Assembly (NCBI RefSeq): GCF_035594765.1
Contig: NC_085842.1
Coordinates: 242,679,747 to 242,743,746, forward strand
Direction: 5' to 3'
Length of the DNA: 64,000 nt
From: Anolis carolinensis
Lineage: Eukaryota
The position numbers were made by a program, and so were the translations under genes. Of the stretch, positions 11,601-23,439 are shown piece after piece. Position 1 is the first letter of the stretch, and the number at the start of each line of letters is the position of its first letter. Below the pieces are notes generated by a model. The model saw only the letters and a program-made list of their open reading frames with translations. It was not told where the DNA came from and did not search any database.

Positions 11601-12089
11601 CAACCCAGCAAGAAGCTTCTGTTTCTGATGTGATATCATTGAACTGATACTTGGCTGACCGTCAATGGAAGCCCAAAAGATGTGCACACATTGGACTCGC
11701 TTCTTTCCGCCTAAGACTTAATTGAAGAGAATCACCACCTATTGTTTGGGAATCCCGTTCACTTGTTTTCTTCCAAAGGATTTCCTTCTCGCCAAAGACT
11801 AAGGCAATCAAAGCTGATCCAAAATCAATTTGCATTTCTTGATTCAAACAATCGACATTTCAGGGGCTCACCTCCCTTACCAGGAAGCCACCCCCAATAG
11901 CTGATTGGTCCACCTGGGGACAGCCCCCTCCGTCTCCTCCCCTCTACCTGGGAATCTCCACCTGAAGGCAGAGACATCATTGCAGCACAGCCTGATCAGA
12001 GCACTGCTTCAAGCCAGCCCCTCTGCTGACCAATCACGGACGGGAGTGGGCAGAGCGGGATATTTGAATTGCTGTCAAATATATACACC

Positions 12090-12420
12090 GGGAACCCCGG
12101 TGGTGAAGTGTGTTAAAACACTGAGCTGCTGAACTTGCAGACCGCAAAGTCCCAGGTTCAAATCCCGGGAGTGGAGTGAGCGCCCGCTGTTAGCTCCAGC
12201 TTCTGCCAACCTAGCAGTTCGAAAACATGCCAATGTGAGTAGATCAATAGGTACCGCTCTGGCGGGAAGGTAATGGCACTCCATGCAGTCATGCCAGCCA
12301 CATGACCTTGGAGGTGTCTACAGACAACGCCAGCTCTTCGGCTTAGAAATGGAGATGAGCACCAACCCCCAGAGTCAGACATGACTGGACTTAACATCAG
12401 GGGAAATCTTTACCTTTATC
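12090..12420 (+). mobile_element. Sauria SINE
   Basis: High identity to 1297-1625; TSD tatataca(c/a)c at 12080-12089 and 12421-12430. Confidence 0.95.
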
Positions 12421-13339
12421 TATATACAACTCATGTCTGTGCAATGTATGTTCATGCTTGTATTTTTTTTGCGCTAGCCATACTTGCATCCTTTCTAGCC
12501 AAACTGCAAATAGACCTCTGTGGTTGCTTTCATCCTTGGTGAGTGTGTTCTTCAATTGGGTACATCAGACTTTGAGGTAAACACTCACTGGGCATGGACC
12601 TTCTTTAACCTCAGTCCTAGTCTAAATTTAACCTCATACCAATTGGATGCAAGCCAGGTGGAACCAAGGAGTAGGAGAGAACTCAATTTACTTCCTGCCT
12701 GGGTCAACACTTTTCACTTGTCCAAAGTCCTATAACTGTCAAACAGTAGAGTGATCGTCTGCTTTTTTTTCTCTTTTGTCACTCACAACTGTTGTCATCA
12801 CGCACAGACATGGCAACTTTTTAAATAAGAAAATCAATCACTTTATTAATAGACATTTTCTTTAACCCTGAAAGCTTTAAACTGGGGCAGAGGTAATAAA
12901 AGCAATGTTACTGTATCCTAGCAGGGAGTAGAACCTAAAGAAATTATTTCTTTGTACCACAACTTCCAATGGCCATGACAGCTGGCAGTTGTAGTGTGAA
13001 ATAATAACTTTATCCAACTAGAGTGGTGTAAGAGACCCAATTAAGTCATAAAAGTGACTTTTCTAAGTTCTAACCAGGTGCTTAGATGGGAAGTTTTAAA
13101 TGTTACATTCAAGGTAGTCTATAGACATTTTGTTAAAGTTTAACTCTCTGTCAATGTAATAGTTTTGCAAAAGCCAAACCCACAAATGTGGGGGGCAAAT
13201 TGTACTTACATTGTGATACTTCAAGTTCAAATTATTGTTAGAGTTTAAAGTACAATCCACCTTCCACATTTGTGGGTTTGACTTTTGTGGATGTGATTAT
13301 TCATGGATTTTAATAAAATGTTTTCTCTAGGAATCTCTA

Positions 13340-13660
13340 AACCCGTGATAGCGCAGCAGGTTAAACCACTGAGCTGATGAACTTGCTGACCAAAAGGTCA
13401 GTCGTTCGAATCTGGGAAGCAGGGTGAGCTCCCACTGTTAGCCCCAGCTTCTGCCAACCTAGCAGTTCAAAAACAAGCACATGTGAGTAGATCAATAGGT
13501 ACCGCTCCAGCGGGAAGGTAACAATGCTCCATGCAGTCATGCAGGCCACATGACCTTGCAGACAACGCTGGCTCTTCAGCTTAGAAATGGAGATGAGCAC
13601 CAACCCCCAGACTCAGACACAACTAAACTTAATGTCAGAGGAAAACCTTTACCTTTACCT
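13340..13660 (+). mobile_element. Sauria SINE
   Basis: Matches other copies; TSD ctaggaatctcta at 13327-13339 and 13664-13676. Confidence 0.93.
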
Positions 13661-13819
13661 TCACTAGGAATCTCTAGGTCCTCCAGTGCAACTCTTATGG
13701 TCAACTTCTGGCAAAAGATTAACATAATTTTATGGAGATCCTTAAAATCCTTGTAGAAAACACTTCTCTAAGAAATGTAAGGTCTTTAGAGTAATTCTAT
13801 GGTTAGCTTAGAATTATGG

Positions 13820-13936
13820 TTAACGGCGCTCCATGCAGTCATGTCGGCCACATGACCTTGGAGGGGTCTACAGACAACGCCGGCTCCTCGGCTTAGAAAT
13901 GGATTTAACGTCAAGGGAAACCTTTACCTTTACCTT
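13820..13936 (+). mobile_element. 5'-truncated, internally deleted Sauria SINE
   Basis: aacggcgctccatgcagtc...acctttacc; flanked by ttatg(g/a)tta. Confidence 0.9.
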
Positions 13937-14959
13937 ATGATTAGCTTTCAGCAGAAGTTGACTATAGAGTTATGCTGGAGGATCTAGAAATTTCTAGAGT
14001 TATTCTCTCAGGTAAAAATATTAGCAATAATGTTATTCACCATTTTTCACTTTTATGGTGGTCATGTGTATCTAAGTTCAGTGGATGTGGAGGGCTCACT
14101 ACACTTCTGAAACCATTGATTTTTTTCCAAAAAAGTTGGTACATTTTTACCTTATAAATATATATTCAATGAGCATGAGCAATCGCCGCATGCTCTTTTA
14201 CATTCTCAGCTTTGACTTTTGTTTGTTTCTCTATCTGCCAATCAAGAGAGATGATTATGTTCCTGCTTTGAACCACTGGCTTGCAAATCCTTGTTGGCAA
14301 CCAGCTCCATGGCAACAGTGCAATCAAACCAATAAAAATTGCTTTGGCCCCATTACATCCTAACATGCATTTTCACAGCTGCTCCTTTGATCCAGTCGCA
14401 AATTGTACGAGGAAGCCATACTAAGCAAAATGGGAGGAAATCCTTACCTTTCATTCCTGACCTTATCACTTCACCATCTATGTTCTTTTTCAGCCACACT
14501 AAACAGTTGTACTGATGGAAAACATTACAGATTTCCAGATAACACCTCATTGTAACTGAGCAGATGCTATCTAATACCCAGGATATGTGAAAGGAAGCAA
14601 CATTTATCCTGCCAGAACCACTTATTATTAATCATCTTTAAATGACATGCCCATAGCTAACAAGCTCATACATGCCAGCCTGTTTGTCTGCAACCTAGTG
14701 AGACTATGTAAGCAACCAGTTGGTAACCCACAGAACCATGCCTTATTTTGGTGTTCTTTCTTTTCTCTCTGAAAGTGTAAAAACGTTTCCCCTTGCTTTT
14801 AGCCCAGCTTACATATTTCTTTTTCTAAATATTACATTTATCAGCTTGCACTTCCATTTCATTGACCTCTCCCACAAATATGTCTTCATATCCTAGTGTA
14901 GTGACTTCAGCTAGGACCGTTGTTAAAGAGTCTGTGCCTAGTGAGCATAAGCTAAACCA

Positions 14960-15526
14960 TGGGCGGTTTATGCACATGATGTGGGAATGTGAATATGTAC
15001 AATATTTTTGGCAGACTATACAAAATGAGTCAAATCAAATACTAGGAAATGAGTGGGTCATAACAAAGGAAATAGCGGTATTAGGGAAAAGAGAGGAAAT
15101 GGGAAATAAAAGGGAAATAAAAGAAGCAATAATTGAATGTGCACAAGCAGTATTAGTATTAGGGTAGAAAGATAAATCCAAATGGTCAGTAAGTAAATGG
15201 TACCAATTTATGGTGGAGCAAATGGAATTTGAAATTATGAATGTGAAACTAAATGTTGTAAAAACTAATGAAAATAGAACAAGAGAAATGGAAGAAAGAT
15301 GGACAAGGGTAGAGAACTATATCATGAATCAATCTGGAGATCAAGCCATAAGAAATAAGATACAAATGTTATTTAGTATATAGGATGGAAATGGATAAAG
15401 ATATAAAGATTGTCTCACAAAGAAACAAATATGTAAAAAGAAAACAATCCTCGTGGTGGTGGTGGGAATTGTAAATGTTTTGTATGTCTACGGTATGTAT
15501 TTTTTGTGTTTAAAAAAATAAAAAAC

Positions 15527-15530
<4 letters not shown>
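14960..15530 (+). mobile_element. L1-clade LINE 3' fragment (ORF2 C-terminus and 3' UTR)
   Basis: FMHMMWECEYVQYFW matches the HxxWxC..FW motif of the L1 ORF2 zinc-knuckle region; A-rich end; 16-bp direct repeat agcataagctaaacca at 14944-14959 and 15998-16013. Confidence 0.8.

Positions 15531-15531
<1 letters not shown>

Positions 15532-15572
<41 letters not shown>
15532..15572. repeat. (TA)n microsatellite
   Basis: Directly visible. Confidence 0.95.
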
Positions 15573-15574
<2 letters not shown>

Positions 15575-15938
15575 TTTAAGAAACAATTGAAAACCTGGAT
15601 GTTTGGGCTGGCCTTTGGAGAAACAGCCATTGGATGACCAGCCTCATTATAATTCTATCCTGAATGTTATTAGGCTCCTTTCATCGGGGCATTTTAATCT
15701 AATGATTTTATCTTATATTGCTGCTATAGTCCCCCCACCCCCACCTTTGAAGTTGACGGATTTGCATTGGTGGTTGTTTGATATTATTACTGTTATATAA
15801 ACCTTTGTTTTAACTTCTGTTTTATCATCTTCTTGTGTTTTAAACCGTGTATATTGTTTAATGTATTTGTGCTGTTACTTTCGTAACATTGTGAGCCGCC
15901 CCGAGTCCCCACGGGGAGATGGTGGCAGGGTATAAATA

Positions 15939-15992
<54 letters not shown>
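15573..15992 (+). mobile_element. L2 LINE 3' end with (ATT)n tail
   Basis: FKKQLKTWMFGLAF ORF2 end; gtgagccgccccgagtcccc...gggtataaataaa terminus. Confidence 0.85.
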
Positions 15993-15995
<3 letters not shown>

Positions 15996-16629
15996 AAAGC
16001 ATAAGCTAAACCAGATTGGCCGGGACAGAGAAACAAACTGACCAAGTTGAGGATAAGTCACAGAGATTTATTACGATTCAGCCAAAAAGGATGCAAGTAT
16101 GAGCAATTTGCTTCAAAAGGTACAAGCATAAACATACGGAAAGGGGCAAGACATCTTATACAGTTCTGGCAGCTATTCAAACCTCGCGTTTCCTCCCCTG
16201 ATTGGCTGGAAAAGAGGCTGGCCAGGATCCATGCAGGGATTGGCTGAGAACTCCATTGATGTCACTGCCTCCAAGTGGGGATTATTATGGTGGGAAGAAT
16301 GGCAGCTGGGGATTGGCCAGAGAGAAGAACGAATCAGCTGTAGACACACCCCCTGGGAGGGTGCAGTTCATGAGGAAACAATAGTAAAGATATGCTGATG
16401 AATTTTCTGATTAACTCAAACATCCGGTTCTATGTGAAACATAAGGTGAAAGACTCTAAAGACAAAGGTGCTGGTCCTAAGCAATCAAGGGCTTTGCTAT
16501 CAGCAAAGAAAGTTAATGTAGGCATATTTTCTAATCCTCCATTTCCGCAGGAGTAGCAGGCGCTCAACCTCATGTTAATTGAACAAACATCTTGGGTTTA
16601 TCTGGCTAATAAAGAGGATAATTTATCTT

Positions 16630-16684
<55 letters not shown>
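16630..16684. repeat. (AC)n microsatellite
   Basis: Directly visible. Confidence 0.95.
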
Positions 16685-16685
<1 letters not shown>

Positions 16686-17084
16686 GGTCTTGGTAGTTCT
16701 CCAACTTGAGAAATAGCTAGAGGGATTTATCCAAGTCCCTGTTCCCAAGGGATTACTCAAACAAGGTCGCCAGGAGGTGGGTGCCTTCAGGATGCATTCT
16801 GATGCATGCAAGTAACAATTTATATACTTCATATAAGAAATTAATACAGCACACAGTAAGGAAGATAAAGTTATACAGAAATCATTAAATTCATACAATT
16901 TATTAAAGGGTTAGACACAATACAGTTCAAAGGATACAGCTGCTGCTGGGTCCATTCCCAATATTCTAAATCTTCAGAATTTTACAAATCTGTACCTCCA
17001 AAAAAGATTTTAAATAAAAAGGTAAAAACATACATTTATTTGTGGTCTCTTAGTATAAATACTTTGGGGAGGGGGGCTACTGTG

Positions 17085-17997
17085 TGTGATGACTCATGGG
17101 CCATGTAGTCCCGTTCCTAGTGCTGTTGTGAATGATGAAGAGGAAAACTTGGGTTTTCCACCATTTCAGCCAGAAAAGGAACTATCCCAGCCAGGAATTG
17201 AGCCTTTGCACCTGCAGGAGGCTTGTCTTCCAGAAATCTGCCAAACAAGCCCTGAGTCGAGTTCTCCCCCTTTTTCGCGCCGTAATTATTATCTCCAGCA
17301 AAAAGGAGTGCAACAAGCTAATCGCAGGAGTTTGAGAATTGCAGCAAAGCATTCAGATGATTAAGCCTGCTGCCATGAGAAATTTTAGGGAGTCATACAT
17401 CTGGACACAGAGATTGACTTTCGTTTCTGATTCCCCAGAGAAGTGTTCTCTGGTGGGAAAACGAGGCCTATTTAGGTTCCTTGCTCCCGAAGGAATCTTG
17501 CGGAGTCAATTCGTCAGCTACCGGAGCAGCGTGTGTGGACAGCTACTCCTGTTTTCAAGCCTTTGTTCCTGTTCCAAGCCTTCGTTCTCAGCCTTGTTTT
17601 CTCCCCGGATCTTGCCTTGTTTTCCGGACCTCGCCAAGTAATTACCACGGATCTTGTTCTTGCTCCTCGTTTCCTTGTTGCCTTGAATCAAGCTTTGTGT
17701 GCCAAGAATCAAGTTATTTCCTAACCTTGCTCAAGTTCATGGACTAAAGGACCTTGTCATCTCCCCTCACTTGCTTGGCAAGTGAGTGTTTCGGTTATTG
17801 GATTACAACTTTGGACCTTAATATTTCATATTGGACATTGCTTTTTTGGACTAATTTTGACCTTTCCTGAAAGGTCTACTTCTGGACTATTTCCTATACT
17901 TGTTTTTATTAACTTTATATATTTCCTTAATAAAGATATTAGATAGATTCTGGCCTCTGTGTATGGTTATTGGTGCTCTGCAGCCTGGGTCGTGACA
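17085..17997 (+). mobile_element. Solo LTR, Gypsy-like, 913 bp
   Basis: Termini TGTGATGAC and GTCGTGACA; 5-bp TSD ctgtg at 17080-17084 and 17998-18002; AATAAA at 17929. Confidence 0.9.
17086..17364 (+). other. Intact 92-codon frame in LTR U3 (acidic/Pro-rich, ending RRSLRIA); putative C-terminal tail of a retrotransposon ORF
   Basis: Ungapped homology to the same-position frame in LTR 19619-20500. Confidence 0.6.
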
Positions 17998-19618
17998 CTG
18001 TGGCTCGATAATACTTGGTCATCTGAGTCAAAAGATGGACAAAACTCCGATGCCCCTTTTGAAATAATCTTTCTTAAACCTGTGAAAGAAGGGAAAGGGA
18101 AAGCTGTGATCACCAAACTGTGACTAATATTGGAATTTAGCAAGAAATCAGCTCCAGTTTCAGAAGATTGTTCCATAAGTTTGGGAACCCTTTGCTACTA
18201 AAGCTCTTGACTAATGACTTCAGGAAGTATACATGGCAATATTTTCCTCTTTCCTTCCATCTTTTCTTTCAGAGCTTGCTTTATGCAGAAGATAATGAGC
18301 ATCCAGCATCAGGCAGGCATATAACAGACTTTCCTGTATCACATACTCAACAGTGCTCAGCTATTCTTCAGAGTCCCAAGAAGCAGTGGAACTACTATTC
18401 TAATAACATGGAACTCAGAAAGTTTACTTCTAATCTACTGAATAGCAAGGCCAGTTGTAGTTCCAGAAACCAATGCCTGGGAGAAATAGTCTAAAAAAGC
18501 AACTTTTATAAATTCTGGTTATAGTTTATGCCACAGCAGAGACCAGAACTGGTGAACTAAATAAAACTGAAGGAAATAAAATAAACAGTGAAGTTGTAAG
18601 GAGATCAACTAGTTTGCGTATATATATCAGGAAGAAAATCTTGTACAATTTTAAAATTGTTGTTCACACATGAGTAGGCTGTAGGTGATTCCCCCCACTG
18701 TTCAACATACAAAAATACCAATATTTCCATATCTATTTCTAGAGTGATTTTAGTCTTGTTCCATGTGATGCCAAGAATATTCCTGGAAAAAAATGGACTC
18801 TGAGTGTATTGAAGTTACCCATCTGTATGTATATTATTGGCCAGAATAGGGGTGGTGAATGTGTGTCCATTTGTTGTATGTTGTCTCTAGAGCCATTTTC
18901 CCTCCTCACAATTCAATGTTTCTAAACTGTTACTATCTCAATGATTTGCACCCAGACTCAATGGAAGCAGGAACAGTTTAGGTTTGTGGAAGCGTGGGGC
19001 AGGTATTTAATTGTTCCACTGCTTAGTCATTTCCATGTAACTTCACACCCACATATCAGTTCTATGGTTGATTTGTCTTTTCTTTTATTTGTTTTACATT
19101 GAAAGCAATTTAATGTCTGGAAATATCTCTTGCTGAGGAATGTACCATAAAGTGTAAATCAAACTGCTATCTCACACACATGCACACCCCTACCTTTTCC
19201 CACAGGTGACCTTAGTGAGACCGCTTTTTAGAATATGAAGCTTTGAGTGGGGGAATCTGAGTAGATTTTGTGACAATTTTTTGGCATGGTTTCACAATGA
19301 TCTGAAAAACATCTGAAAAACTTCTGGAACTGTATTTATGTGATCTATGAGTGGTGCTCATGTCTCAAGCACACAGGTTGTTCTGAAAATTATGGGTCTG
19401 ATACATAGGCGGATGTTTTTCAAAAAGCACACCACCTTAAAACACTCCTCATAAACTAAATCTCTACTGTGGGGGAGGGGGAGTGGGCAACAAAAATGGC
19501 CCTGGATTTTTTTTACATCCAATCCAATTCGCTGCCATACAGGAATACACAATCAAAATACTCCCAACAGATGGCAATTAGCCTCTGTTAAAAAAATTCC
19601 AGGAAGGAATAAGAAAGT

Positions 19619-20500
19619 TGTAACACCCCTAAGCACTGGAAACCAACACGGAGGCCAATAAACAATCTAATATCTTTATTAAAGCAATAAAAGTTCTAAA
19701 CAAAAATAATCAGAGTATATAGTCCAGCAGTTGACCTTTTAGAGAAGATCAAAATTAGTCCAATAAAATAAAGTTATATGTCCAATATTAGAGTCCAAAG
19801 TCTATAATCCAAATAACCGAAACACACACAAACTCTTTGGAAGTTTGAGTGGAGAAAGAGCAAGGTTTCACAGGGAGATTCTTGAAGTAAAGTCCAGAAC
19901 AAGGATTCAAGGCTAGGCAAGGTATTTCGTGGTGGATCTGAAAGGCAGTCCAAACTTGACAAGGAGTGGAACGCAACTCCCAGTCTACTCGTGAGTAAGC
20001 GCACCGGAGGGCCGCTTGGAAGCTCAGGAACAAGAGACGATGTTCTTCTATGAATAGTCATGTTGACACCACAATAGGGAAAGCTCAGTGCAGAACTTTT
20101 ATGGAAGTTCAAGAGCTCCTCCCAAGCAGGTGTTTGACTCCCCAAATCTTCCCAGAGAACGGAGCTGTTTCAACATCGTACCAGATGCCTGCCTCCCTGA
20201 AACTTCCCAAGGGAAACGGTTTAGTCACAATCGTCTCTCTCCGCTAATCTCGCGCTTCATCTTAAAAACTGCTTTTGGGAGCGATGTGTTTTGAGAAAAG
20301 CCTTCCTATCAAACACCAAGCTTTCCGGAGAAACAGGCTCTGTTTCAAGGGTGTCCGTAATTGGCTCTGGCACGAAAATGTCAACAGGAGACATCTGGAA
20401 TGGAACAGAATCTTGTTGAGATGGAAAAAAGTCCAAATCCTCTTCAGTTTGATCTATGATGATTGCGGGGTCATGGGGCAAAGGTCCCTGAGACATCACA
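19619..20500 (-). mobile_element. Solo LTR, Gypsy-like, 882 bp, distantly related to 17085-17997
   Basis: TG...CA termini; TSD aaagt at 19614-19618 and 20501-20505; shared tgtgatg start and aataaagatattagat...tggcctc near the 3' end. Confidence 0.9.
20221..20499 (-). other. 92-codon frame in LTR U3 with one TGA (probably CGA by CpG decay), ending R(R)SARLAERDDCD
   Basis: Manual translation past the TGA at 20257-20259 to the TAA at 20221-20223. Confidence 0.6.
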
Positions 20501-20652
20501 AAAGTCTGTGTTTCTTACAGGCTCCAAGCAGTACTTGGGATCCCTACTCCAGCACACACACAAACATATTTGGGGGACACCTCCCATTCTGGACTATGCA
20601 CACCCACATGCACATACATACACATCATTTTAGAGTCAAAGAGGTCTTAAAG

Positions 20653-20835
20653 CAGTAATGGGGAACCTTTTAGAAACTGAATGCCCAAACCGGAGGGGGG
20701 GAGGAAGCATGCAAGCAGGGGGTGGGCAAGCAGACAGGCGGGTGAGCAAGTGGAGGCCGGGAGACAGGGTGCATGCCAGGAGAGAGGGCACTGCATGCCC
20801 TTTATGGTATGCAAGCCATAAATTCACCACCACTG
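20653..20835. mobile_element. hAT-like MITE
   Basis: TIRs cagtaatggggaacc and aattcaccaccactg; 8-bp TSD tcttaaag/ccttagag. Confidence 0.7.
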
Positions 20836-21075
20836 CCTTAGAGGGTTCTATGGATGGTATCACCAGTAATCCTGTTGAATCCCTGGTCAATAAATGGAAT
20901 CAAAATCTAGCCAGGGCTATTGACATGATCACTCCCAAACATCCTTTCTGACCCATTACAAAGCAGACTCCCTGGTATACAGAGACTTTCAGGAAAATGA
21001 AATGGAAAGGATGACTGGAGCGCAGATGGCGGAAAACCCAACTTTTATACAACAAGACATGGTATAGAGAGCCAT
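20836..21075 (+). mobile_element. L2 ORF2 internal fragment
   Basis: LVNKWNQNLARAIDMITPK...TPWYT...LERRWRKT motifs of L2 ORF2. Confidence 0.75.
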
Positions 21076-21115
21076 GAACCTTCAGCGGTTCGCTGTGATG
21101 CTTTTAAAATATATA

Positions 21116-21438
21116 CAGTAGAGTCTCACTTATCCAACATAAACGGGCCGGCAGAATGTTGGATAAGCGAATATGTTGGATAATAAGGAGGGATTAAGGA
21201 AAAGCCTATTAAACATCAAATTAGGTTATAAATTTACAAATTAAGCACCAAAACTTCATGTTATACAACAAGTTTGACAGAAAAAGTAGTTCAATAAGCA
21301 GTAATGTTATGTTGTAATTACTGTATTTACGAATTTAGCACCAAAATATTATGATGTATTGAAAACATTGACTACAAAAATGCATTGGATAATCCAGAAC
21401 GCTGGATAAGCGAGTGTTGGATAAATGAGACTCTACTG
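21116..21438. mobile_element. Tc1/mariner (pogo-like) MITE, 323 bp
   Basis: TIR cagtagagtctcacttatccaac; TA TSD; reverse complement of 41494-41816. Confidence 0.93.
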
Positions 21439-22142
21439 TAATGTTTTCAAGTACCACATAGGCTAAAGTGTGTAATATCAATTTCTGGAGAGACAACAGA
21501 AGTGATTCCTAAGATGAATGTATTCTGCTTTCTACTATTTATAAGCAACAAACCCACTAATAAATATTAACTTTTGTTTGAAATCAACGAAGTACTTTCT
21601 CCAGTGTACTCAGGCCATTTCATTTCCTTCTCAGTTATTGTACATTGTATTTTTTTCAAAAAAATTGTCCTTTGGTGAGATTGGAAGCAAAATAAAATAG
21701 TAGCATTAAATTAATGATGCTTCACCTCTGCATTAAAAATGCTGATAAATGAAATAGCTACATCTATTGAGTGCTGCTTCATTATTATTCCACTAATTGC
21801 TTGAGTCTCTTAATTGCTTTCCACCTTTACCCTCATTAAATTTGCATGACTTGTTAATTACTTCCTTCTTTGTTTATTTGACTATTTTAATTCTAGTGGG
21901 TGGTCTTTCAGGATTCTTTTTATAATCTGCCCAGCTATTACTGTTATTATCTTAAGCGCGTAGCATGCCCCCATAACATTAACAAGAAAGCAACATGGAA
22001 AGGACCAATATCTCCCTTGACTCTGTGGAATACACTTTGATTCACTGTACAAGAGCACGGGATATATAACAGTCAAGTAACAAAGTATAACATTTATTCT
22101 GGATTGGGCTCCCCAGCGTTAGCAAATGGCATAGAGGAACTG

Positions 22143-22352
22143 TGTTGTTGTTGTGTTCCTTTAGGTTGTTTCCACCACATGGCAAGCCTAATGCCATGGG
22201 ACTTTGTGGGCAAGATTTGTTCAGAAAGGGTTGTCTTTGCAGTCTCTTGAGGCTAAGAGAGTGTGACTTGTCCAAGCCCACCCAAGCAGTAATTTGAACC
22301 CTGGTCTCTAGAGTCTTAGCTCAAAACTCAAACCATTAGAACATGCTGGCTC
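22143..22352 (-). mobile_element. tRNA/MIR-like squamate SINE
   Basis: Homologous to 3305-3490; tRNA-like head at the right end. Confidence 0.75.
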
Positions 22353-23031
22353 TTCATGGTAATTATTTATCTTACTCTCAACAGTTATTTCATTTTTCAC
22401 TGTTATTAACATAGGTCTTGCCCATTCCCTACTTTTTATTTCAGAACAGAAGCCAGATCTAATAGATCTTTCATCTGTGAGGACCACCCTTTTTAAGCTT
22501 TTTTGACCCAGTGGGCATTGTCTTGCTGAGTGTTAAAACACTTTTTAAGTAACCATTAGGGAACAAATCATAGCTGTTTTGTCTCTCAAGTCAACACCTT
22601 AATTTTTTTAAAGCTGCTGATGTTTTCATGGAAAGGAAGCGAGAATGACAGCTCTTTGACAGAGGATTATTAGGAGAAACAAAACAGAGCTAATGGTTCC
22701 AATTTCACTTTCAGTCTCCTGGATGAAGGGGAGGTCATTGCAGAGTAGGACCACACTTTTTTCTTGTGTTTTCTTTTCTGGGTCTCCCATACATATGCAA
22801 ACATACACATCCGCATCGCTAAATCAAGAGGTTTGCAAGTTTGCTGATGGAAAGGAGTTAGAATTTGTATAAACTTTGCCATTAATGTGTCACTGGACTT
22901 TCTCAGAACGTCATCAGACCAAACAAATTATGATGCTAGGTGTGCTAAGAAAACATTCAATTTGAGGTCCTTCCACATTCATTTCTGAAAAATTGTTTCA
23001 ATACAATTTGTGTCCAACACAAATTTGCTTC

Positions 23032-23215
23032 GTTGTTGTGTACGTTCAAGTTGTTTCCAATATACAGCAACCCTATCACTGGATTTTCTGCAAATTGAGA
23101 GTGTGTGACTTGCCCAAGGCCAGCCAGTGGGTTTCCATGTCCAAACAACCTTTCAAACTCTAGTCTCCAGAGTCGCAGTCCAATGCTCAAACCACAATAC
23201 CACACCGCCTCTCCA
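23032..23215 (-). mobile_element. tRNA/MIR-like squamate SINE
   Basis: Same family (gtgtgacttgcccaaggc...ctccagagtcgcagtccaatgctcaaaccac). Confidence 0.7.
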
Positions 23216-23439
23216 TGTGGTACCCTAGTCCTAAAATAAATGTGTCTTCCTCTCAGAGTAAGATAGGTGTTCTTTAAGCATGGTAGACAGTGTCAGCTCA
23301 CAGGCCATGCAAGACAAGAACTATCCACGGCAAAATGATGCAAGGAATCCCACTTGGTCCATGAACAACACATAACAGGTGAACAGTGGCCACATTCTTA
23401 ACAGTTAGAAAGGTTTAAGATATAAGCAGCATAGCCAAG

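Larger units (their letters stand above)
13252..14100. mobile_element. Tigger-like non-autonomous DNA transposon hosting two Sauria SINEs
   Basis: Ends tacaatccaccttccacatttg and gatgtggagggctcact; internal ctaggaatctctagg repeats; related pieces near 45130-45305 and 46900-47070. Confidence 0.6.
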
